Positions 18,005 to 29,400 of a stretch of DNA of 64,000 nucleotides are shown here, one piece after another. A program made the translations under genes and the position numbers. Source of the DNA: Vicinamibacterales bacterium (lineage in GTDB: Bacteria > Acidobacteriota > Vicinamibacteria > Vicinamibacterales > CAVVIG01); assembly GCA_035259385.1 (NCBI GenBank), contig DATFWL010000130.1, forward strand, positions 33,319-97,318, written 5' to 3'. The stretch's first letter is position 1; every line of letters begins with the position of its first letter. Under the pieces are notes generated by a model. That model had not been told where the DNA came from. It did no database searches and worked only from the letters and a program-made list of their open reading frames with translations.

Positions 18005-19093
18005 CTAGAAACAGCTGGTCGCGGCGATCTCGTCCCGCTTCCTCTTGAACGCAGCCGCCCAGTCGGCCACACTGCCTCCGCTCTCCCCGTTCAATCCCGG
18101 CTTTTCTCCAAACCGCGCGGCGAGGAAGAGATCCTGAATCTGCGTGTCGGTGAGCTCGCCAAGCAGATCCGAGAGGAAGCTGCGGCCGACTTCCGAGATG
18201 ATCGGATTGATCAGCGTGCCGCTCTGCGATGGCGGCATGTTCGCGACGCAGTGCGCCTCGTCCTTCCAGATCGGTGTGCGCGACCACTCACGAAGGTTCG
18301 CGCTGCTCCGGTCCGCGCTGTTCACCAGCGTCGCGGTGCCGAAGGTGAGGCCGAGATCGTGGATCAGCATGAACGTCGCCGGACATGTTCCGAGCTCGTG
18401 CTTCGACGTGTCCTCGTCGACGCAGATCAGTTTCTGCTGTTCCGCCTTGTTGTCGGTGTGCTGCAGCATCACGGCGAGCAGTTTCAGCGCGTCTCGGTGG
18501 GCGAGCGGCGCGCCGCCGGCGCGCTCGTCGACGCGATCCAGTTCCGGCCACGCCCACCCCGGCCCGACGCTTGGCGCTTCCATCTCGCGGCCGGGCATCT
18601 TCCGCTCGATGGCCGCGTAGTCGAAGCGCGCCTCGCCGTCGGCAACGCGATCGCCGTGGAGCGTGCTCGGGCAGCCCCGGCAGATCACATGAACGGGGTA
18701 GAGCACGTCAGCGCCGAAGCCGAGCGCCCAGAACAGACGCGTCGCGGCAACGCCCGCGAAGATCTCGTTGTTGTCGCGTCCGTACCGGACCTTCAAGCGA
18801 TTGTCGTCCGGCAGTTCGCACCCGAACTTCGGCGTCGTGCCAGTGAACGCTTCCTTGTAGTACCGGCACGTGACCGTCGCGTTCGGCGCGAAGGCGCCTT
18901 TACCCTGCGGCCCGCGCGTCACGTTCATCGATCGGATGTCGGTGCGCCGCCAGACCTGCGCGTGCCTGATCGCGGCCATGCGTTCGTCCGCGGTGATGTA
19001 CGCGCGATCGGGGTGGCGGCTGAGCCCAAGGTTGGCGCACCCGATCGCCAGCGCAGAGGCGATCAACGCACCAGTCACCAATTGAGTACGCAC
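18005..19093 (-). CDS. hypothetical secreted protein or putative lipoprotein with protein-kinase-like catalytic-loop motifs
   Basis: Good G/C third-position bias. A plausible GTG start gives MRTQLVTGALIASALAIGC (lipobox-like). I do not recognise the family. It contains HTDNKAEQ … IHDLGLTFG. The start is uncertain (the ORF extends to 19261). Confidence 0.55.
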   Translation of the reverse strand: MRTQLVTGALIASALAIGCANLGLSRHPDRAYITADERMAAIRHAQVWRRTDIRSMNVTRGPQGKGAFAPNATVTCRYYKEAFTGTTPKFGCELPDDNRLKVRYGRDNNEIFAGVAATRLFWALGFGADVLYPVHVICRGCPSTLHGDRVADGEARFDYAAIERKMPGREMEAPSVGPGWAWPELDRVDERAGGAPLAHRDALKLLAVMLQHTDNKAEQQKLICVDEDTSKHELGTCPATFMLIHDLGLTFGTATLVNSADRSSANLREWSRTPIWKDEAHCVANMPPSQSGTLINPIISEVGRSFLSDLLGELTDTQIQDLFLAARFGEKPGLNGESGGSVADWAAAFKRKRDEIAATSCF

Positions 19094-19272
19094 CAGTCGG
19101 GCTGAATTGCAAGAAGGGGTCCAATCGAGTCCTTGCGACGATCTCGAACGGTTGTGACCCCGAAGAGCTCGAACCACGTACGCCGATCGCCCGCGTGTCT
19201 GCCGACACACGCCGTGCGCTCGCCGACACGAGGGTTGCGCCGTCGAACCGAGTCGAATCAACTAGTTGCGTG

Positions 19273-19287
19273 TGGCGATGCGGTTGC
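19273..19287 (+). promoter_or_regulatory. sigma-54 (-24/-12) type promoter TGGCGA-tgcgg-TTGC
   Basis: GG and GC are separated by exactly 10 nt, as in the consensus TGGCAC-N5-TTGC. It lies about 70 nt upstream of the SPFH gene start, and the operon ends with a sigma-54 activator. Confidence 0.6.
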
Positions 19288-19357
19288 TCTCCGAGTGTCC
19301 GGGCTCGTCGACCGGCGCAGCGTCAGCGGCGGCGGTGAGCCGGATCGGAGGCAGACC

Positions 19358-20614
19358 ATGTTGTTCGTGAAGTACGTGCTGACGGCGATGGCAATCGGGT
19401 TGTTCGGCGCAGCCGCCGCGGTGATCGCGATCGACGTCGCCGGCGCGTTGCGCGCCGCGCAGGCGGTGAGGGTGCGCTGGCGGACGGCGGCGCGGCTGGC
19501 ACTGCTGGCGTGGGCGCCGCTGCTGCCGGCGCTCAGCATTCTCGTCGTGCCGAGCGGCATGGGTGCGGTGCGCGTGAGTCAGCTGTCCGGAACACTGTCG
19601 GGCACGCTGTACCCCGGAACTCATTTCATCCTGCCGCTGATGCACCGCGCGGAACTGTTCAACATCCGCGACCAGGTGTTCGCGACCAATCCGGGTGAGG
19701 GATCGAAGGATCAGGCGCCGGTGCTGAAGGTGTACAGCCGGGAAGGATTGCCGATCGGTCTCGGCGTCTCGGTGCGGTATCAGCTGGATCCGCAGCGGTT
19801 GTCGTACGTCGAGAGCAGTCTGCCACGGCCGGTTGAAACCGAGATCATGCCGCCGGTGGTCGCCAACGCGTTCCGTCAGACCATCTCCGGTTACCTGGTT
19901 CGCGACGTCTTCTCGGCCAGGCGCGAAGAGGTGCGGCGGGCGGCCGCCGAGTCGATCACCAGGCGGCTCGCGTCCGACGGCATCATCGTCAAGGAGGTGA
20001 TGCTGCGCGACGTGTCGCTGCCGCCCGAGTACGCGAAAGGCCTCGAAGGCCTGCTGCTGAAGGCGCAGGAGAACGATCGCCTGTCGATCGATCTCGAGGT
20101 GAAGCAGAAGCTCGTGCGCACGGCGGAGCTCGAGGCGGAGGCGCTGAAAATGCGCCACGTCAAGGAAGCCGAGGGCCGCGCGCAGATCACCGTGCTCGAA
20201 GCCAAGGCGCAGGCCGATGCAATGCAGCACACGCTGCCGCTGAAGGAGAAGCAGATTCAGCAGAGCCGCCTCGAAGCCGAGGCGCGCAAAGAGGCGACCG
20301 TCAAGAACGCGGAAGCGGCAGCCGCGGCGAAGGTGATCGACAGCAAGGCGGAGCTCGAGAAGCGGAATCTGCTCGCGCAGGCCGACGCGCAGCGCGTGCG
20401 CGTGATGGCCGTCGCCGACGCGGAACGAATGAAGTCCGAAGCGCAGGTGCTGAACGAGAGTCCGCTGCTGATTCAGAAGATCGTCGCCGAGCGGCTCTCC
20501 GACAAGGTGCAGATCATGATGGTGCCGATGGACGGCAAGTTCTTCTTCACGAACGACGTGCTGAAGACGACGCCGATTGGTGGCTTCGGTGCGCCGCCGC
20601 TCGCACGGCACTGA
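19358..20614 (+). CDS. SPFH domain / Band 7 (prohibitin/stomatin-like) family protein with C-terminal coiled coil
   Basis: GGAGG before ATG 19358. N-terminal TM segment (MLFVKYVLTAMAIGLFGAAAAVIAI). An SPFH core (…VRYQLDPQRL…IIVKEVMLRDVSLPPEYAKGLE…) and a long Ala/Glu/Lys-rich helix. Confidence 0.85.
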   Translation: MLFVKYVLTAMAIGLFGAAAAVIAIDVAGALRAAQAVRVRWRTAARLALLAWAPLLPALSILVVPSGMGAVRVSQLSGTLSGTLYPGTHFILPLMHRAELFNIRDQVFATNPGEGSKDQAPVLKVYSREGLPIGLGVSVRYQLDPQRLSYVESSLPRPVETEIMPPVVANAFRQTISGYLVRDVFSARREEVRRAAAESITRRLASDGIIVKEVMLRDVSLPPEYAKGLEGLLLKAQENDRLSIDLEVKQKLVRTAELEAEALKMRHVKEAEGRAQITVLEAKAQADAMQHTLPLKEKQIQQSRLEAEARKEATVKNAEAAAAAKVIDSKAELEKRNLLAQADAQRVRVMAVADAERMKSEAQVLNESPLLIQKIVAERLSDKVQIMMVPMDGKFFFTNDVLKTTPIGGFGAPPLARH

Positions 20615-20615
20615 C

Positions 20616-21791
20616 ATGACGGTGCTATCATTCGCGGCCGTGGGCTTCCACGGCCGCGAGTGGTGGCCGCGCCTGACGCTGGCCGCCCTCGCGCTCACCC
20701 CGCTTTCGATGCCCGCCTCGGCGCAGCCCACCGCAGCGTTCGTGGATCTCGCGTCGGAGTTCGCCGCGTCGATTGCGGGAGCCCTCGGCCCCGCCGCGGC
20801 CGTGCGGCTCACCTTCGCGCCCGATCCGTCGCGCGTCGAGGCCGAAGTCGTACGCCTCCTCGCCGCGCGCGGCGTCCGTGTCACCGACAGCGCCGATGCG
20901 ACGCCGGTGGCCGCAGCGTGTGCGACGAACCTGCGCGAGCGGGTCTGTGCAGCGGAGATCGGTCGCGGCGCCGCCCGCCGCGTCGTCATGACGACGCGGC
21001 CGCGCGGCGGAGCGGCCGACGGGGACGCCGATCCGATCGTCGCCATCGAGCTGCGGCCGATCTATACGCAGCGCCGTCCGATGCTCGACGTCGCCACGGC
21101 CGGCGATCAGCTGCTCGTCCTTTCATCCGAGTCGGTCACGCTCGTCGCCGGCGCGACGCCGGCGGACCTCGGCGGCCGTCCGACCGCGTCGAAGCCGATT
21201 ACGACGGCGCGCGTCTGGCCGCGCGACGTGCGCGGCCGGCTGCGCGTCGTCGGGCCGACCTTCGCGGCATTTCTTCCGGGTGTGACCTGCCGCGGGACCA
21301 TCAACCCGTTCACGCTCGTGTGCGCGGACGAGATCGAGCCGTGGCCGATCGGTCTCGACAACAGCGGGATCGCGCCGAGCCGCAACGCGTTCTCGACGGC
21401 GGACGGGTTCGCGTTCTACGAAGTGGCGCCGCTCGACCGGGGCCGCTTCCTGCTCGTGTCCGAGCGGAGCGCGCTCACGATTCTCGACAACGGACGTCGT
21501 ACGGCGGCGCGCGGCGAGACCGCCGATCACGCCGCCGGGTTCCTGGAGAGTTGCGCCGCCGCGCCGTACGTCGCCCTCGACGGGCGGACCTCGGATGCCG
21601 GCGCCGACACGCTGCGGCTCTTCCGCGTCACGGATACCCGGTTGGTCGCGCAGTCATCGACGGTGACCGTCCCTGGCGCGCTGATCACGCTCTGGAGCGC
21701 GACTGACACAGGCCCGGCGACGGCCATCGTGCACGATCTCAACGCAGGACGGTATGAAGCCTTTCAGATCGCGCTGTCTTGCGCTCGCTAG
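20616..21791 (+). CDS. hypothetical secreted protein
   Basis: The ATG is 1 nt after the SPFH stop. Signal-like LTLAALALTPLSMPASAQ. Coding-type GC3 bias. No family recognised. Confidence 0.6.
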   Translation: MTVLSFAAVGFHGREWWPRLTLAALALTPLSMPASAQPTAAFVDLASEFAASIAGALGPAAAVRLTFAPDPSRVEAEVVRLLAARGVRVTDSADATPVAAACATNLRERVCAAEIGRGAARRVVMTTRPRGGAADGDADPIVAIELRPIYTQRRPMLDVATAGDQLLVLSSESVTLVAGATPADLGGRPTASKPITTARVWPRDVRGRLRVVGPTFAAFLPGVTCRGTINPFTLVCADEIEPWPIGLDNSGIAPSRNAFSTADGFAFYEVAPLDRGRFLLVSERSALTILDNGRRTAARGETADHAAGFLESCAAAPYVALDGRTSDAGADTLRLFRVTDTRLVAQSSTVTVPGALITLWSATDTGPATAIVHDLNAGRYEAFQIALSCAR

Positions 21792-23160
21792 CGTGCTGGC
21801 TGCCGGCGCAGCGCTCAGCGCGGCGCGGCCGCAGTATGGAGGGACGCTTCGCGCCGAAGTCGACACGCCGGTCAGCAGCCTCGATCCCGCGTCGGCCCCG
21901 TCCGAGCCGGGCCAGGAGACGACGCGCACGCGCCTCGCGACGCTCCTCTTCGAGTCGCTCACCGCGATCGAACCGGACGGGCTGCGGCCGGTGCTGGCCA
22001 CCTCGTGGCAGGCCGACGTTCGTGGCACGCACTGGCGGTTTCGTCTGCGCAGCGGCGTCGTCCTGCACGATCGCACGACGCTCGAACCCTGGCAGGCGGC
22101 CGCGGCGATTCGGCACAGCGAGCCGGCGTGGACGGTGAACCCCGACGGCGACTCGATCGCGATCGACACGGGCGAGCCGGTGGCGGACCTGCCGTGGCTG
22201 CTCGCCGACGGCAGGCACGCGATTGTGATTCGAGCCGCCGGCGGCGCGCTGATCGGCAGCGGGCCGTTCCGCATCGATCACGTCGAGCCGTCCCGCCTCC
22301 TGCTCAAGGCACACGAGGGCTACTGGCGCGCGCGCCCGTTCGTCGACGCCGTGCAGATCGAGCTCGGCCGGAAACTCGACATGCAGCTCACCGACCTCGA
22401 GGGAGGCCGAACCGACATCGTCAACGTCCGCGCGACCGACGTGCGACGGCTCACGCGCCGCGGTCTGCGCGTCGAGGCATCGCGTCCGCTGGAGCTCGTC
22501 GCGCTGATCTTCGAGCCGCATCGCGCGGCTGACTCGGCGATCGCGTGGCGCCGCGCGCTGGCCGCCACGATCAACCGCGATGCGATCGGTGCCGTGGTGC
22601 TGCAGGGGCAGGCGGCACCGGCGCGTGCGATCCTGCCTGAGTGGATCTCAGGCTACACGCAGGTCGTCGCGCCCGCCGAGGGTCCGACGCTCGCGGCGCC
22701 TGCCATCGCGGCGCTGCCGATCGACCAGCGGACCGTCCTCCTGCGGGTCGACCCGGCGGACGCCGTGACGCAGGCGATCGCCGATCGGCTGGCGGTCGAC
22801 GCGCGCGAGGCGGGCTTCACGGTGAAGGTGCAGGCGCCGGTCGGTCTCGCGCCTCGCGCCGATGCGCGGCTCATTCGTCTTGCCGTGCCGGCCACGACGG
22901 CCGACCGCGCGTTCGCCGAGACGGCGGCGCGGCTGACGGTGCGCGGCTGGCCCGCGATCACGCTGCCGGGTGGGACGACGCTCGACGCGACGTATCGTGC
23001 CGAGCAGACGCTCCTCGATCGCCTGATCGTCGTCCCGATCGTTCATCTCCCCGAGTTGTACGGCGTCAGCGAGCGTGTCGGCTCGTCGCTGTATCCGGCC
23101 GCACGCGCGATCGGCGGCTGGGATCTCGCCGATCTCTGGCTGCAGGGCGGACGGCCGTGA
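21754..23160 (+). CDS. ABC-transporter-type substrate-binding protein, family 5 (peptide/nickel SBP fold)
   Basis: MKPFRSRCLALASVLAAGAALSAARPQYGGTLRAEVDTPVSSLDPA is the classic family-5 SBP start. No cognate permease or ATPase is adjacent. Confidence 0.8.
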   Translation: MKPFRSRCLALASVLAAGAALSAARPQYGGTLRAEVDTPVSSLDPASAPSEPGQETTRTRLATLLFESLTAIEPDGLRPVLATSWQADVRGTHWRFRLRSGVVLHDRTTLEPWQAAAAIRHSEPAWTVNPDGDSIAIDTGEPVADLPWLLADGRHAIVIRAAGGALIGSGPFRIDHVEPSRLLLKAHEGYWRARPFVDAVQIELGRKLDMQLTDLEGGRTDIVNVRATDVRRLTRRGLRVEASRPLELVALIFEPHRAADSAIAWRRALAATINRDAIGAVVLQGQAAPARAILPEWISGYTQVVAPAEGPTLAAPAIAALPIDQRTVLLRVDPADAVTQAIADRLAVDAREAGFTVKVQAPVGLAPRADARLIRLAVPATTADRAFAETAARLTVRGWPAITLPGGTTLDATYRAEQTLLDRLIVVPIVHLPELYGVSERVGSSLYPAARAIGGWDLADLWLQGGRP

Positions 23161-24946
23161 CGCTCCGCGCGCGGCTGTTCGTGCTCGTCGGCCTCGTCGT
23201 CGCTGTCTCCGTGGCGCTGGTGACGATCACCATTTCCGCTGCGGCGCGGCGATCGTTCGAGGCGCTCGACCGTCAAAGGACGAGTGCTCTGATTGCGCAG
23301 TTCAGGCGCGAGTTCGTGCTGCAGGGCGACGACGTCGCACGCCGGATCGATCGGCTCGCGGCAAGCGACGTGGTGCAGCGCACCGCCGTTGACCTGGCCA
23401 GGCACGGCGATCCCGCGCCGTTTGCCGGCGACGCGGCGCCGATGGCCGCCGCTCAGGGACTCGACTTCTTCGATCTCGTTGCCGCCGATGGCACGATCAT
23501 CTCGTCGGCGGAATGGCCTGCACGCTTCGGGTATCGACATCCCTGGGCGACGACGCTGCACGCCGGCGCCGCCGCATTTCTGCAGACGATCGAGTTGCCG
23601 CACGAGACCGCGCTGGGGCTCGTCGCCGTCAGGCAGGTGTCGGCGGGCATCGGTTCGTTGTACATCGGCGGCGGGGAGCGGCTCGATCAGCAGTTTCTGC
23701 GCACGCTGCGGCTGCCCGACGGGATGCGGGTGTTTCTGTACCGCAACGTCGAGCCGGAAGTCTCGCGGCAGCAACTCCTCGACGTCTCCGGCCAGGCGAC
23801 GGCGCCGGCGCCGATCGAGCCGCTGATCGCGCGCGTCCGGCAGACCGCGCAGGAGGCGAGCGACACCATCGAATCGACCGATGGAGCAGAGTTCGTCTCG
23901 GCGATCCCGCTGACCGGATCGAGCGGCGAGGTGCTCGGCGTGCTTCTGCTCGCCAGCTCGGGCCGTGAGCTCGCCGCGCTGCTGTCGCGAATCCGCTGGA
24001 GCGGCGTCGGCTTCGGCGTGCTCGGCCTGATCGTGGGCGCGGCGCTGAGCTACGCGGCGGCGACGCAGGTGACACGTCCCGTCGAAGTCGTGGCCGAGGC
24101 GGCGGACCGGATCGCGGGCGGCGACTGGGACGCGCGCGTCGGCGAGGTGAGTGCCGGGCGCGAGATCGACGCGCTCGCCCGTGCGTTCGACACGATGGCG
24201 GCCCACCTGGTCGAGCAGCGCGATCGTCTGGTCCAGGTCGAGCGGGTGGCCGCCTGGCGCGAGCTGGCGCGCCGGCTGGCGCACGAGCTGAAGAACCCGC
24301 TGTTTCCGCTCCGCATCACGCTCGACAACCTGCGCCGGGCGCGCACGCTGCCGGCGCACGAGTTCGAGGAGGTGCTCGACGAGAGCCTGGCCACTCTCGA
24401 CACCGGCTTCAGGAACCTGAACGTCGTCGTCGGACGCTTCGGCGATTTCGCGCGGATGCCGGCACCGATCTTCGAGGACATGTCGCCGAATGCGATCGCC
24501 GAGCAGACGCTCACGCTGGTCCGGTCCCAGATCGAGGCTGCCGATCGTCCCGCGATCCGTGTGACGCTCGACCTCGACCCGGCGTGCGGCACCGTGCGCG
24601 CGGACGGTGAGCAGATGGGACGGGTGATGCACAACCTCGTGTTGAACGCGGTTGACGCGATGCCCACGGGCGGCGACCTGACGATTCGCACGCGGCCGGT
24701 CCCCACCGGCGTCCGCATCGACGTCGCCGATACGGGAGAAGGACTCACCGACGAGGAGCGCGCGCGCTTGTTCACGCCGTACTACACCACGAAGCAGCAC
24801 GGCACCGGCCTCGGCCTGGCGATCGTGCAGTCGGTCGTCGCCGATCACTCCGGCCGCGTCTGGGTGGACAGCGCGCCCGGCCGCGGTTCGACGTTCCACA
24901 TCGAGCTGCCGCGCGCGCCGCGCGACGCGGCGAAGGGCGTACCGGC

Positions 24947-24950
<4 letters not shown>
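23157..24950 (+). CDS. sensor histidine kinase (periplasmic sensor domain, HAMP, HisKA, HATPase; NtrY/AtoS-like)
   Basis: GTG start overlaps the SBP stop (GTGA). Two TM segments flank a periplasmic domain of about 270 aa. H-box LAHELKNPLFPL. N box HNLVLNAVDAM. G boxes DTGEGL and GTGLGLAIV. Confidence 0.9.
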
Positions 24951-26311
<1,361 letters not shown>

Positions 26312-26317
26312 CGAATG

Positions 26318-26396
26318 GACGTAGCGCGAAGGCCTTGGCCGAGCGACCGTGTGATCGCGGCCCGCTGACACTCGGCTGAAGCCTTCGCGCTACGTC
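26318..26396. repeat. REP-like hairpin with perfect 16-nt arms GACGTAGCGCGAAGGC / GCCTTCGCGCTACGTC
   Basis: Read directly. The inner part also pairs (ggccgagcg … cactcggc). The right arm plus flank is near-identical to the core at 10553-10578. Confidence 0.9.
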
Positions 26397-26480
26397 GATA
26401 CGGAAAATCCGCGCAGCGGCGGGCAACGACGCGTTCGACGTCTGTGCGTGGCTGCTGCCAGAGTGGACAATGCTCTAGTC

Positions 26481-29400
26481 ATGGAAGTGCTGGTCCTGTT
26501 CGCCGTGCTGATCGTGGCGTTTCCGTATGTGGCTGCGATCGTGAACTGGGGGCGAACGGCAGACCTGCGCCGACGTCTCGCCGACCTCGAGGAGCTGTCG
26601 CGCCGGCAGGAAGCGGCGATCGCTGCGCTCACGCAGCGCCTGCGGGAGGCGAAAGCAGCGGCCGCACCGCCGGCGGCCGCTGAGCCGCGTGCGGCAGCTC
26701 CACAGGCGCTGCCGCCGGTGCCGGTCGTTCCGAAGCAGACGGCGCCGCCGGCCCCGCCGCGTGTTGTTGAGCCGGCTGAGCCGCCCCCAGCCGTCGCGCA
26801 GCCGTCGCTCGTGCCGCCGACAGCTGCGAAGCCGGCGGCGACGCCGTCAGTTCCGCCGGTGACACCAGCCGCCGCGCCGCCGGCCGCCGCGGCGCGACCG
26901 CCAGTCGCACCGCCGCCGCCGCCGCTGCCTCCGCCGCCTCCGCGACCACCGGCGCGCGAGCCGTTCGACTGGGAACGGGTCGTCGGCGTCAAGATGTTCT
27001 CAGCGGTCGCCGGCGTCGCGCTCGTGCTGGCGGCGGTGTTCTTCCTCCGCTACTCCATCGACCATGGATGGCTCGCGCCGCCGGTTCGGGTCGCGATCGG
27101 CGTGCTCGTCGGCATCGGGCTCCTGATCGCGTGCGAGCTCCGCGCCGCGCGAAAATATCCGGTGACGGCGAACGCGCTCGATGCCGCGGCGATCGCGATC
27201 CTCTTCTCGACGTTCTTCGCCGCTCACGCGCTCTGGCAGCTGATTCCAGCGACGGCGGCCTTCGGCCTGCTCGCGCTCGTCACCGGTGTCGCCGTGCTGC
27301 TGTCGATCCGGCGCGACTCGGTGTTCATCGCGCTGCTCGGGCTGCTCGGCGGCTTCGCGACGCCGATGCTGTTGTCCACCGGCGAGAACCGGCCGGTGCC
27401 GCTGTTCGCGTACCTGCTGCTCCTGAACCTCGGCCTCGCGTGGGTCGCCGCCCGGAAGCGGTGGCGGCTGCTGACGATCCTCAGCATCGCCTTCACGACG
27501 TTCTACCAGTGGGGCTGGGTGATCACCTTTCTCACCGCGAGCCAGCTGCCGCTGGCGATGGGCGTCTTCCTCGTCTTCTCGCTGACCGGCTTCGCGTCGA
27601 TTCTGTTCACTGCCCCGGCCGCGCCGTCGACGGAGACGCCGGCGCTCGCGCGGGCAGGCCTTGCCGCGGCGGCGATGCCGCTCGTGTTTGCCGCCTATCT
27701 CGCTGCGGTGCCCGGATACGGCGCGCAACCGGGCCTCCTGTTCGGATTCCTCCTGATCGTGGACGCCGGCCTCTTCGCGGTCACGGTCTGGCGCCGCGAT
27801 CCCTGGGCGCATGCGCTCGGCGCCGTGGCCGCCGGCGTCGTGTTCGCGACGTGGCTCGCGGTGTCGTACGCGCACGGCGCCTGGACCATCGCCATCGGGT
27901 TCGCCTCGGCCTTCATCGTCTTCTTCGCGCTGGCGCCGAGGCTTGCGGTGCGCGCGGGCCGGCCGCTCGAGGGACTGTCCGCTCGCGCCATCTACGCCGC
28001 GCCGATGCTGCTGTTCGTCTTCACCGCGATCGCGCGGATTGAGCCGGCGGCCGACGCGCCGGCCCGCCTGTTTGCGCCGATGCTCGCGCTGCTCGGCGTC
28101 ATCACGTGGCAGGCGTTCGCACGCCGCGAGTTCCCGCTGTACTACCTGGCTGCGTTCTTTGCCGTCGTGTCCGAGGCAGCGTGGTCGGCGGCGCATCTCA
28201 CGTCCGATCACCTGCGCGCGGCCATCGCCGTGTACGCGGCCTTCGGCATCCTCTACATCGGCGTGCCGGTGGCCGCCAGGCGCGCACGCGTGACGATGAC
28301 GCCGCGGTGGGGCGGCGGCGTGGTACTGATTGCCAGCCTGCTGCTGCTCCTGTATCTCGCCGAGGGCGCGCACGCGGCGGCAGCGTTGTGGGGACTCGCG
28401 TTCCTGCTCGCCATCCTCAACGCAGGGCTCTTCGTCGAGAGCGCCTCGGGCGAACTGCCTGCGTTGTCGGTCGTCGGCGGCGGCGTCTCGTGGTTCGTGC
28501 TCGCGATCTGGTGGGGCAATGCTGCGGCCGCGGTCGGCCTCCTGCCGTCGCTGCTCTTCCTCGTCATGTTGACGTTGACGATGCTCGTCGGCTACGGGTG
28601 GAGTCACCGCCAGGCACGCAGCCGGAGCGATTTCGACCCGTCGCGGTCTGGATTCCGACCCGGCGCGTACCTGGGATTGATCGGCTACCTGTTCTTGTTC
28701 GCGATCGCGATCGATCCCGAATGGTCGGTGCCGCCATGGCCGTTGTTCGGTGCGCTCGCCGTGATGACGCTGGCGCTCACGACGACGTCGCTCGCAGTGG
28801 ACTCGAGCCAGCTGCACGGCGCGGGCGTGGCGGCGGCGGCCATCGTGGTGTTCGCATGTTCAGTGGTCGCGGGCGCTCCGTGGGGGCCGACCCTGGTGGC
28901 GGCCGCGGAGGTCGTCGCCGCCTACGCGCTGGCCTGGGTGGCGGTGATGCGGGCGCGCGGATCGTGGCGGTTCGCCGCGGCGGGCGCGATCTGGACGCTC
29001 TTCATGGCGAGCCTGACGCTCGGCGAAGCGTCCGGCGCGTCCACGTCCATGCCGGTCGCGATCGTGGCGATCGTCGCCGCCGCAAACGTCGCGTTGATAT
29101 TCGCGAGCGCGTGGTCCGCGCGGTGGGAGTGGGTCGCTCCGTCAGCGGTGGTCGCCGCCTGGTGGGTCGAGACTGCGTGGCATGAGCAGCACATCCGCAC
29201 GATGGACTGGTCGGGGTCGTTCGCGCTCGCGCTCGTCCTGTACGCCGTCTTCGTCGCCTATCCGGTCGTGCTCGGACACCGCGCCCGGACGTCGCGGGAT
29301 CCGTACATCGCGGCGATTGCCGGCAGCGCGCTGTTCTTCTTCACCGGGCGCACCGCGCTCGTGCAGGGCGGCTACGGTCAGTTCGTCGGCGCCGTCCCGG

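Noticed and set aside
22641-23156. N-terminal extensions of several track ORFs: 22641 for the kinase, 29549 for the DUF3999-like gene, 34753 for glpF, 50643 for the epoxide hydrolase, 50700-52901 for the aldolase, 19133 for SPFH and 7405 for NHL.
   Set aside because: The extensions are Arg-rich, overlap the preceding gene out of frame and lack an SD. Internal starts with SD sequences, signal peptides or stop-start overlaps fit far better.
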